Source: Candidatus Woesearchaeota archaeon (GTDB lineage: Archaea > Nanobdellota > Nanobdellia > Pacearchaeales > UBA284). Taken from it: a DNA stretch of 46,184 bases. The DNA is taken from NCBI GenBank assembly GCA_964493265.1, contig CAZBLY010000002.1, positions 43,962 through 90,145 of the forward strand, given 5' to 3'. The notes beneath the pieces are model-generated. The model was given only the letters and a program-made list of their open reading frames with translations, did no database searches and was not told the DNA's origin. The stretch's first letter is position 1, and every line of letters starts with the position of its first letter. The position numbers and the translations under genes are program-made. Positions 9,417 through 17,377 of the stretch are shown here, piece by piece.

Positions 9417-9872
9417 CTAAAGATTTTTTTCAGTTTTTCTAATTGCTAAAAAAATTCCTAACTCTTTTTCTTGATTATCTTCAAGAACATAATATTTTTC
9501 TTCAAGACATGATGGATATTTTTTAACTTCAGTTTCTTTTTCTGCTTGACATAAAATTTCTAAATATTCATACCCTATTGCGACATTATCCTTTCCTAAA
9601 CTTATATTAAGAAAAATTTCTTTTTCATCAATAGGTAAGCAATCTCGAATTGCTTGTTCACTAAAAACTTCAATTTTTCCTTCTGGCGCAATACATTCAA
9701 CTATTTTTCTTGCAATAGTGTTGGCCTCATAATTACGAATGTCGTATTGTTGAGAATAGTGTGTTAAAATAACTGCAACTATTCCCCCTATAACAAGAAC
9801 AAGAATAAAGAACTTATGAATCCAAGTCACTGCGTGTCCCACCTGCCCCTTTTTATTTTGTCTTTTTATCAT
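9417..9872 (-). CDS. Pilin-like protein with class III signal peptide, 151 aa
   Basis: N terminus MIKRQNKKGQ|VGHAVTWIHKFFILVLVIGGIVAVIL. Confidence 0.6.
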   Translation of the reverse strand: MIKRQNKKGQVGHAVTWIHKFFILVLVIGGIVAVILTHYSQQYDIRNYEANTIARKIVECIAPEGKIEVFSEQAIRDCLPIDEKEIFLNISLGKDNVAIGYEYLEILCQAEKETEVKKYPSCLEEKYYVLEDNQEKELGIFLAIRKTEKNL

Positions 9873-9874
9873 TT
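9842..9874 (-). repeat. 33-nt exact repeat copy B
   Basis: Identical to 9371-9403. Confidence 0.9.
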
Positions 9875-9900
9875 CGTTATTTCTTTATTTTATTATAATT

Positions 9901-10251
9901 TCATTTTATCTCGATTATTGTAAAATCATCTTTTTTTGAAAATTCAATATTGTCTTTAAGATAACAGTCATAAAAATAACCAACTTTATCATGTTCATTT
10001 TGTTTGACTAAAATTCCTGTTCCACTTTTTTCTATAATAATATTTTTATCATGTTCTATTGTAATTTTTGTTTCGGGCTCTGCTGATGATATTAATAAGC
10101 ATGTTTCTTTTGCCAGAATTTGTTTTTGCAGAGCAGAACCACTAGCTTGAGAACTTATCCACATACTTAATATAAGAATTATCGCTATTACAAACAAAAG
10201 ATTGAAAATAAATTCCCAACCAATCTCAATACCCCTCTTATCTTTAAACAT
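9901..10251 (-). CDS. Pilin-like protein with class III signal peptide, 116 aa
   Basis: N terminus MFKDKRG|IEIGWEFIFNLLFVIAIILILSMW. Confidence 0.6.
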   Translation of the reverse strand: MFKDKRGIEIGWEFIFNLLFVIAIILILSMWISSQASGSALQKQILAKETCLLISSAEPETKITIEHDKNIIIEKSGTGILVKQNEHDKVGYFYDCYLKDNIEFSKKDDFTIIEIK

Positions 10252-10298
10252 AATTTTGATAGGAAAAATGTATTAATAAATTTTTAGAATATGGTTTT

Positions 10299-11222
10299 TT
10301 AAGGAATACTTTCTATATTTTGACAGGTTGTTGAGAGTTCTTCTGCTGATAATGGAACCAAATAAAGAATAAAACAACCAGGGTCAGAAACTGAAAATTC
10401 TTCATTACATCTTATAGAAGCTATGTTTGCATTTTGTATTTCTTTTATTCCATTTAGATAACCAAGAAATTGTCCTACTGTTGCACCTATTCCAGCACCC
10501 CAGAGCATTCCTTTTGGTCCTAATAAAGAGCCTATCATAAATCCTGTGAAAGCTCCACCACCCATAGAGATACCAAGATCTTTAACCGCATTACCAAAAC
10601 TTCCACCCCTTATTCCCATAAAGACTACAACATAATCTTGGTTTGTGTTTAATTTATTTATTTCTATATTTGTTGGAAGTTTAGCATCTTCTTGGCCAGA
10701 TAAATATTCTAAATAAGTTATATTTTTTATTGGTACTTTCGTAGTTTCCATAAATTCAGTAACGTGTATTTCCATTTGTTTTTCTTTTACATTATCTTCA
10801 AATCTAATTATTGAACAGATAACACAATTTGCTTTTGCTGTTCCTTGAAATGATCCTACTTCTATAATAGTTTCTTGCCACGTTGGATTAGAAAAAAAAT
10901 CATATTTACCTTCTCCTAACATCCACCAACAATCATACATTGCATTGGATATTTCTCTTGCTATGAATATTTCATTTGTTGAACTGATTGTTATTTCTTC
11001 TGTTTTACAATTTAAAGGGATTGCAAGTTTTCCTGGCGCAATTCCAGCAACAGATTGGCCTCTTAGAATAACAGATTGATGACAAGCTTCTTTGTCTATT
11101 GTGGATTTATATGGGAAAGCATTAAAAAAGAAAAAAATAATTGCAGCACTGAGAATAATTATTATAATAGATATGATTGTTGTTTGAACTAATGCTCCTT
11201 TTTTATTATATTTTTTAATCAT
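10299..11222 (-). CDS. Pilin-like protein with class III signal peptide, 307 aa, Gly-rich C-terminal hydrophobic segment
   Basis: N terminus MIKKYNKKG|ALVQTTIISIIIIILSAAIIFFFF. C-terminal part GGGAFTGFMIGSLLGPKGMLWGAGIGATVGQFLG. Confidence 0.6.
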   Translation of the reverse strand: MIKKYNKKGALVQTTIISIIIIILSAAIIFFFFNAFPYKSTIDKEACHQSVILRGQSVAGIAPGKLAIPLNCKTEEITISSTNEIFIAREISNAMYDCWWMLGEGKYDFFSNPTWQETIIEVGSFQGTAKANCVICSIIRFEDNVKEKQMEIHVTEFMETTKVPIKNITYLEYLSGQEDAKLPTNIEINKLNTNQDYVVVFMGIRGGSFGNAVKDLGISMGGGAFTGFMIGSLLGPKGMLWGAGIGATVGQFLGYLNGIKEIQNANIASIRCNEEFSVSDPGCFILYLVPLSAEELSTTCQNIESIP

Positions 11223-11288
11223 TTTTTATTCTTTTATTGTTTAATTTGGCTATGCTTAATTTGATTGGTGTTTTATTTATATAAATTT

Positions 11289-11405
11289 TTACAATACTCC
11301 AAATTTTTTCAATAAATGATAAATTGAAAATCCAATTAATGCAAAAAGTACAAGAAGCAATAAAATTTTAATTAGGGTTTTTGCCACAATTGCTTTTTTA
11401 TTCAT
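11289..11405 (-). CDS. Small pilin-like/membrane peptide, 38 aa (not in ORF track; an in-frame upstream ATG at 11423 would give 44 aa)
   Basis: Hand translation of the minus strand gives MNKKA|IVAKTLIKILLLLVLFALIGFSIYHLLKKFGVL, with stop at 11289-11291. Same leader style as the neighbours. Confidence 0.4.
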   Translation of the reverse strand: MNKKAIVAKTLIKILLLLVLFALIGFSIYHLLKKFGVL

Positions 11406-11466
11406 TTTCAGCTTGATTTTCATTTTTTTATCTTGTTTTTAATTTATTTTAATTTAAAGATTTTAT

Positions 11467-11940
11467 TTAAGGTTCTATTTCAGGTTCTTTTGTAGTTATC
11501 TCATAATAATCTCCTTTATTGATCAGCCAGACATCTTTAATTTGGATTTGAATGCTTGTTAATTCATTATCTGTTTTTAATGGCAGACTTAAAGCACTAC
11601 AAAATTTGGTTTCACATTTTTTCTTGCAAAGACAAACTAAGTTGGGCTGAATCATTGGCGGTTTTTGAAAATTACCATTAAAATTATGTTCTCTATCAAA
11701 AGAAATTATATACCAACCAACAGGACTTTGTAAAGTATAATTGAAAATTGATCCTTGTTCAAGATTATTTAATTTTTCTACAAGGTATTCTAAAGTTCCT
11801 TGTGCTTGCATATCATCTTGTTTTCCAAAATAAGTCCGAAAGAGAACAAAACCGGCATAAAGAATAATAACTATGCCGATAAGTGCAATAATAAGTTTAA
11901 TTATTTGCTCTAAAAGCAATTGCGTTCCTCTTTTGTTCAT
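11467..11940 (-). CDS. Pilin-like protein with class III signal peptide, 157 aa from ATG 11940
   Basis: MNKRG|TQLLLEQIIKLIIALIGIVIILYAGFVLF. The longer track start (11970) adds 10 residues that do not fit the leader pattern. Confidence 0.6.
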   Translation of the reverse strand: MNKRGTQLLLEQIIKLIIALIGIVIILYAGFVLFRTYFGKQDDMQAQGTLEYLVEKLNNLEQGSIFNYTLQSPVGWYIISFDREHNFNGNFQKPPMIQPNLVCLCKKKCETKFCSALSLPLKTDNELTSIQIQIKDVWLINKGDYYEITTKEPEIEP

Positions 11941-11999
11941 TTTGTTTATAAAACAATAAGAGAAAGACAATATTTAAAATTTCTTATTTTTGTTAATTC

Positions 12000-12179
12000 T
12001 TATTGCGCAATTTTAGTAGAATTCCAAAGCCCAAGAGCATTTTTAAGTTTTGTAAATAAATCAGCTGCAAATCCCCTCATTGCCCCGCTAAAAATAAAAA
12101 CAATTATAACAAGAACCAATACTGCAATTATTATAATAATTAAAGTATTAATAGAAAGTTCTACTCCTTTCTTGTTCAT
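12000..12179 (-). CDS. Short pilin-like protein, 59 aa (candidate major subunit)
   Basis: MNKKG|VELSINTLIIIIIAVLVLVIIVFIFSG. The track start at 12224 would overlap the upstream gene; ATG 12179 gives the canonical short basic leader. Confidence 0.65.
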   Translation of the reverse strand: MNKKGVELSINTLIIIIIAVLVLVIIVFIFSGAMRGFAADLFTKLKNALGLWNSTKIAQ

Positions 12180-12196
12180 TTTATTTTTTATATATT

Positions 12197-12556
12197 TTAT
12201 TCTATTGTTCGATAATTGCCGCAATCAAGATCTTCAAAATTAGTACAATCTGGAGATTTTTGCGCTTCTATAGGGAATTGGTCGCAATATTTTACTTCTG
12301 TCACATCTCCTTTTTTTAGATTAAATGGTGTTGCGCAAAAAGATTGTTCATCATCTACCACACAAAATGTTCTACATAATTGTCTAGCACTTGTAACATC
12401 AGCCTCATTATAAGTTCCTGAGACTCCTGTAATTTTTTCCCAGAGCGCTTTCATACCGCCTGTAAAATATAGTGCTAAAATTACTAAAACAAGAATTGCA
12501 AGAATTACTACGATTATTGTCGTAATGTTCATTTCAATAGCTTTTTTATTTTTCAT
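12197..12556 (-). CDS. Pilin-like protein with class III signal peptide, 119 aa, Cys-containing globular part
   Basis: MKNKKA|IEMNITTIIVVILAILVLVILALYF. A GAGGT motif lies 4 nt upstream of the ATG (aaaagaggtaaaatg on the minus strand). Confidence 0.65.
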   Translation of the reverse strand: MKNKKAIEMNITTIIVVILAILVLVILALYFTGGMKALWEKITGVSGTYNEADVTSARQLCRTFCVVDDEQSFCATPFNLKKGDVTEVKYCDQFPIEAQKSPDCTNFEDLDCGNYRTIE

Positions 12557-12686
12557 TTTACCTCTTTTGGTTTTCTTTATTTATTTTAAAGGTATGTGCT
12601 GTTTTTAAAATTTTCTTTTATCTTTCTATCTTTATTTTTGTTATTTTATTCTTTTTTATTCTTTTTTTAATGCTTTTTACTCTTTT

Positions 12687-13304
12687 TTATTCTTCTTGTT
12701 CTTCTCCACAAATTTTTAAATCTGGATCTGGAAATGTAGATCTTTCATATTCTGGATACCATATTATAAAAAAGAGCTCATTATTTTTTTTATATATTTT
12801 TTTACTTATAATTCGTGGATAATATTTTCTTATAGGCATTCTTTTTGTTAAACCTGTTTGTTTAAATTCTGGGGGTTCTTTAGAAAAATCAATTGTTTTA
12901 TCAGATAAATAAGGAATTTCTTGTCGTGTATTAAAATATATTGCTGAGATTTTTAAATTTTGAATTATCTCACTCTTATATGTTTGTTTATTATAGGTCC
13001 AGTTAATTTGTGTATTTTTATCTTGCATTTCTTTTATAATTATTTTAGATTTTACTGGAAGAAAAGCTGGAAACGGTTCAAAACCATCACATAAACAATT
13101 ATCATCTTCAACTAAAAGACATTCTTCTATATTATTAATCAAAAGATCAAAATTGGTTGTAAATTCTTCTTCAGCTTCTGGAGTCAGTTTTTCACTAAAT
13201 TCAGCATATAGTGGTTGAAACCAAATTCCTGCTATTAAAATAACTGCAACAATTACAAGTGAGGCGGCTATTGCTTTAATAAGGGTATTTATTTCAATAG
13301 CCAT
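12687..13304 (-). CDS. Pilin-like protein with minimal leader, 205 aa from ATG 13304
   Basis: MA|IEINTLIKAIAASLVIVAVILIAGIWF. The mature-end motif IE(I/M)N is shared with the 12556 gene. The track start at 13316 is TTG. Confidence 0.55.
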   Translation of the reverse strand: MAIEINTLIKAIAASLVIVAVILIAGIWFQPLYAEFSEKLTPEAEEEFTTNFDLLINNIEECLLVEDDNCLCDGFEPFPAFLPVKSKIIIKEMQDKNTQINWTYNKQTYKSEIIQNLKISAIYFNTRQEIPYLSDKTIDFSKEPPEFKQTGLTKRMPIRKYYPRIISKKIYKKNNELFFIIWYPEYERSTFPDPDLKICGEEQEE

Positions 13305-13305
13305 C

Positions 13306-13467
13306 TTAACCACCAAACCTTAGAAAGTTTTTTATTTTTTCTAATAGGGTTAGACCTTGTTTATTTAATATAAAAATAAATATAATAACAAGAGCAAGAA
13401 CAACCAAGCCAATTACCCACCAAGCAATTTCAGACCAAACAAGCCCCTTTTTATTTTTAAAATTCAT
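13306..13467 (-). CDS. Small pilin-like protein, 53 aa (not in ORF track)
   Basis: Hand translation gives MNFKNKKG|LVWSEIAWWVIGLVVLALVIIFIFILNKQGLTLLEKIKNFLRFGG. Its stop TAA (13308-13306) lies one base before the ATG of the next gene. Confidence 0.45.
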   Translation of the reverse strand: MNFKNKKGLVWSEIAWWVIGLVVLALVIIFIFILNKQGLTLLEKIKNFLRFGG

Positions 13468-13511
13468 ATTCTTTATTTTTCAAAGTTTTTCAAGTTTAAA
13501 AATTTATAATA

Positions 13512-15671
13512 TTACATTATACCCCCAACTGCCACTGTTGCTAGGAGTGCAAGAGCAATTATAGCTATAAATGCGGCAACTGTATAGAGAAGCATTCCTG
13601 TCATTAACATTTTTCCTATTTCTGCTTTTTCTCCAAGTCTGTCTTCCCCTGATTCAATTGTTGTAAGAGTTCCGGTCAAAATAAAGATAATTTCAATAAT
13701 ATAAATTCCAACAATAATTTGCAACCAATAAGGTGGAATCATTTTAACTATATTAAACATTTGGGTAATTTGGTTAAGCCCCATTCCGCCGATTGCTTCT
13801 GTTCCTGTTAATTCTCCTGCTGTTATCATCATTTCAAGTCTTCCTAAAATACTGGTTATCATAGATGCGAGTCCAACTACAATTGCAGATAATAAAGGGG
13901 CAAGAAAAGTCATATTACTTTTCATTCCAGAAATGATATCAGCCAATAAATCTCTTAATCTTTCATTTACTTTATGAATATTTTTCACATATTCACTTAT
14001 AGACATTAATGCTTTTGCAGCAACACCTAAACCTTTTTTCACACTCTCAATAAGAATTCTCATACTTGTTTTGATAAGATCAGAAGGATAATAATTGATA
14101 GCCCCTCTACCTGTACTGAATATGGCTGTTTTAATATCCATCCCTGCTTGTTGTATATTCAAATTAACAAGACTAAAAAAACCAGCTGTTGGTGTTCCTC
14201 TTAATGTTTGCGCCACTCTGCCAAAAGCCATTTCAGCAGGAATTCCGTCTGCAAGCCGATTGCCAAGCTGAAAAATGCTTGAAGCAAATTCTTTTTCAAG
14301 TTTTTTTGTTTGAATTCTTGTTTGAATTAATTTTTGTGTTTTTAATCTATAAGAAATGGCAAAAAATAATGCGATTGAAAGAGGGATGCATAAACTTAAT
14401 AATAAAGCAATTGGCCCAAAAGGTCCTGCCACCCCCTTTGTATCTGGATCAATTTTAAAATCGAAAAAAGTTTGATTTCCCAAAAAATTTCCCAAACCAA
14501 TTTGGCCAAAACTATAATCAACAGGGGTTGAAGGAATATAATATAATAATAAAGGCAGTAATCCGATTATTAAAAAAGGCAGGGCTATAATGGCAGCTAT
14601 GAAATATGGTTTTTTTGATTTAAAGTATTTATAATTTGGATTTCTCTCAAGAAGTTCTGTTTCACCAAAACCTCCTGGACGTTTACTTAGAACAGAGTTT
14701 GTCATATAAAAAACAACAAAAGGAATAAGAATATTAAATAATAGGGCTACATGATACCATTTAATTGCTCCTTGTAATAGTGTGGAAGCCAAAGGCAATA
14801 AGGCTAGACCAAGAGTTGGAAGAACAATTCCTAACATATAGACATTTGTAATAGGACTTTTAACTTCATGACTATAATGCAACATTTTTTCATAAACCCC
14901 ATCAAGAATTACTTCGAGAGATTTTTCAAGAATTTGTATACGTCTAGCTTCTGATGGTTCATAAAGAGAGGATTCAATCAAATGAAAAGCTTCTAAAAAT
15001 TCAAGATTATGTTCGCGCCAAGTTTCAAGATAAGCATCCAAGGCATCTTTTATTGTACTGTATTTGCCAGTTTCAACATTCCAAAATATTTTTTTTAAAT
15101 CCAATGAAAGGGGTGGTTGTAGATGTTGGGATGCAAAGTGTATAGCCCTTTCTAGATTTGATGTGTGTCTCATATAAACAACCATATATAAAATACATGG
15201 AACCATTTGAGAGGATGCTTTAAGACGCCATTTTTGTTCTAATCTTTGTGGCAGGGTATTAAAAAAATAGAATAAAAAGAAACCAATAAAAAAAATCAGT
15301 GCAAAAATTAAAAAAGGAAATACCTCTGTTAGCATAAATATTGCAAATGAAATTAATGATGCAAGGATTATTGTTGCAATCAAGGCAAAAATAGCCAATC
15401 CGCTTGCCTCTTCTGGCTCAACATCGAGGTGGGCTCTTTCCAGCGCTTTTCTTGTTCTTTCTTCATCTTTTTTTGAAATTCTTAATTTTATAATTCTACC
15501 TATGCTTTTACAAGCTCTCTTATATTTACTAAGACCTGCAAGAGTTTCTTGTCTAAATTTTCTATACTCTCTAGAATATTCAGCAGGGGCTTCAGAAACA
15601 TCTTCTCTTAATTCTTTTGCTACTTTAGCTTCAAATTTTTTTAGAAGGTCTTTAACTTCTTTTCTTTCCAT
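13512..15671 (-). CDS. Polytopic membrane protein, FlaJ/TadC/PilC-like type IV pilus platform protein, 719 aa
   Basis: Charged cytosolic N terminus, many hydrophobic spans, and two soluble helical inserts (e.g. EFASSIFQLGNRLADGIPAEMAFGRVAQTL) resembling T2SS-F-type cytoplasmic domains. Directly upstream of and co-directional with the pilin-like array. Confidence 0.65.
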   Translation of the reverse strand: MERKEVKDLLKKFEAKVAKELREDVSEAPAEYSREYRKFRQETLAGLSKYKRACKSIGRIIKLRISKKDEERTRKALERAHLDVEPEEASGLAIFALIATIILASLISFAIFMLTEVFPFLIFALIFFIGFFLFYFFNTLPQRLEQKWRLKASSQMVPCILYMVVYMRHTSNLERAIHFASQHLQPPLSLDLKKIFWNVETGKYSTIKDALDAYLETWREHNLEFLEAFHLIESSLYEPSEARRIQILEKSLEVILDGVYEKMLHYSHEVKSPITNVYMLGIVLPTLGLALLPLASTLLQGAIKWYHVALLFNILIPFVVFYMTNSVLSKRPGGFGETELLERNPNYKYFKSKKPYFIAAIIALPFLIIGLLPLLLYYIPSTPVDYSFGQIGLGNFLGNQTFFDFKIDPDTKGVAGPFGPIALLLSLCIPLSIALFFAISYRLKTQKLIQTRIQTKKLEKEFASSIFQLGNRLADGIPAEMAFGRVAQTLRGTPTAGFFSLVNLNIQQAGMDIKTAIFSTGRGAINYYPSDLIKTSMRILIESVKKGLGVAAKALMSISEYVKNIHKVNERLRDLLADIISGMKSNMTFLAPLLSAIVVGLASMITSILGRLEMMITAGELTGTEAIGGMGLNQITQMFNIVKMIPPYWLQIIVGIYIIEIIFILTGTLTTIESGEDRLGEKAEIGKMLMTGMLLYTVAAFIAIIALALLATVAVGGIM

Positions 15672-15835
15672 CTCTTTTCTTTTAATTTACCCCTTTTTAT
15701 TAGTTTTAAAAAAGAAAAAAGATTATAAAAAGATTTCCAAAAGCCAAGATAAATCAACAAAAAATATTTAAAGGTATTTTAACTATAAACATTAACTAAA
15801 TAGTAAAAATTACAAATATAAAACAAATATAAAAG

Positions 15836-16126
15836 ATGGTATTAAAAATTTTGAGAGTAAGTGATGTGGTTGGAATGAAGATTTTTACAGATTCTGGCGA
15901 TTATATAGGGATTATAGAGGAAGCTAACGTGGTTGGAAATAAGATAGAGAGCTGGCGTGTTAGAATTGCTCGCGATAGTAGTTTTTCTTCTTTACTTTCT
16001 GGAGCAAGAGGTTTGATAATTCCTCACCAATATGTTAAAGCAGTAAGTGAAGTAGTAATTATTAGTAAAAGCGCCATTCCTGCACAAGATGAGATCATTG
16101 AAGGAACAGAAACAGCAATAGAATAA
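15836..16126 (+). CDS. PRC-barrel domain protein, 96 aa
   Basis: VSDVVGMKIFTDSGDYIGIIEEANVVGNKIESWRV matches the usual small archaeal PRC-barrel pattern. Confidence 0.55.
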   Translation: MVLKILRVSDVVGMKIFTDSGDYIGIIEEANVVGNKIESWRVRIARDSSFSSLLSGARGLIIPHQYVKAVSEVVIISKSAIPAQDEIIEGTETAIE

Positions 16127-16146
16127 ATAAAAAAATTCAATTTAAA

Positions 16147-16629
16147 ATGGCTGCAGAAACTTTTGTCATATTTACACATCCTTTTTTTACAAACATACTT
16201 CTACCTTTTTTATTGGTTTTTGTTGTTATTTATGCTATTCTTGAAAAAACCAGAGTTCTTGGCGAGGAAAAAAAATATGCTAATCTGATTGTTGCTATTA
16301 TTGTTGGGTTCATATTTATTGGAGTCCAATCTCTTGTTGGCTTCACACTCAGATTTATTCCTTTAATAGCCACTATGGTTATTATTTTATTAGGTTATTT
16401 TCTGGTTTTTGGTTTTATTGGGGTAAAACAAGAGGCCAAAGGGATGCAAATAACTCTTGGAATATTATTTGGATTAGCTATTTTAGCATCAATAGCTTGG
16501 TCCTTTGGGTTATTTGAAAAAATTCAATTAGGTAATATGAATAGCGATGTTATAGCTATGATAATTTTCTTTGTTATTTTTGGAGGAGCAATAGCTTTGG
16601 TATTAGCTACAGGTAAAAACCAAAAATAA
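16147..16629 (+). CDS. Multi-pass membrane protein, paralog 1 of a tandem trio
   Basis: Shared N-terminal motif LLPFLLVFVVIYAILEKTRVLGEEKK. 4-5 hydrophobic spans. Confidence 0.6.
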   Translation: MAAETFVIFTHPFFTNILLPFLLVFVVIYAILEKTRVLGEEKKYANLIVAIIVGFIFIGVQSLVGFTLRFIPLIATMVIILLGYFLVFGFIGVKQEAKGMQITLGILFGLAILASIAWSFGLFEKIQLGNMNSDVIAMIIFFVIFGGAIALVLATGKNQK

Positions 16630-16817
16630 AATAGAGATAAAATAGAGATAAAAAGAGATAAATAAAGAAAAATAAATAAAAAAAGAAATCAGATAAAATC
16701 AGATAAAAAGAAAAGTATATAAAACATAATTTTTTTAAATATAAGTAAGCATAAAAAATTAAATTAAAGGATAAAAAGATAAAAAAAGAGGAAAAAACAA
16801 AATAAATAAATTAAAAA

Positions 16818-17363
16818 ATGGCTAATTATTATCCAAGTTATGCTTGGAACAGTCTTTATGGAATAATACAACAATGGGAAGCTTTTGGTGTTTTTACTGT
16901 TCTTCTGCCTTTGGTTTTAGTTTTTACTATTGTTTTTGCAATACTTGAAAAAATAAATCTTTTTCATAATCGTGGAGTAAATTTACTTATTGCTTTAGTT
17001 ATCGGATTTTTTACTGTAAGCAACCCTTATGTTGGGGCTTTTTTTATGAATTTTTTTGCTAATATAGGAATTGGCATAGCTATAATTATTGGCCTAGTTG
17101 TTTTATTAGGTGTGTCATTAAAACCAGATACTGATTCATGGAGATGGATTTTTAGCATATTTGGCGGGGTTATATTTTTAGTTGTTCTTGCTCGTTCAGG
17201 AGTTTTTGAAACAGTTGTAGGAAATAATTTTTGGTATTGGTTCCAAGCTAATAGTGCCATAGTTATAATTTTCATATTTGTTGGTTTAATGGTTGCAGCT
17301 GTTTTAATAGGGTCTATAGCAGCTCAGAAAAAATCAAATATTCAAATTCCAATGGGGAGATAG
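16818..17363 (+). CDS. Multi-pass membrane protein, paralog 2
   Basis: Motif LLPLVLVFTIVFAILEKINLFHNRG. Hydrophobic throughout. Confidence 0.6.
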   Translation: MANYYPSYAWNSLYGIIQQWEAFGVFTVLLPLVLVFTIVFAILEKINLFHNRGVNLLIALVIGFFTVSNPYVGAFFMNFFANIGIGIAIIIGLVVLLGVSLKPDTDSWRWIFSIFGGVIFLVVLARSGVFETVVGNNFWYWFQANSAIVIIFIFVGLMVAAVLIGSIAAQKKSNIQIPMGR

Positions 17364-17377
17364 ATTAAAAATAAAAA

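Noticed and set aside
11920-12413. Plus-strand ORFs 11920-12243, 12216-12413 and 8752-8943 in the pilin array.
   Set aside because: They are antisense to pilin-like genes with consistent leader motifs. The products are low complexity.
16630-16817. Possible CRISPR-like array because of repeated short units.
   Set aside because: The units are only ~10-11 nt, directly adjacent and without spacers, and there are no cas genes. This is simple tandem low-complexity sequence.
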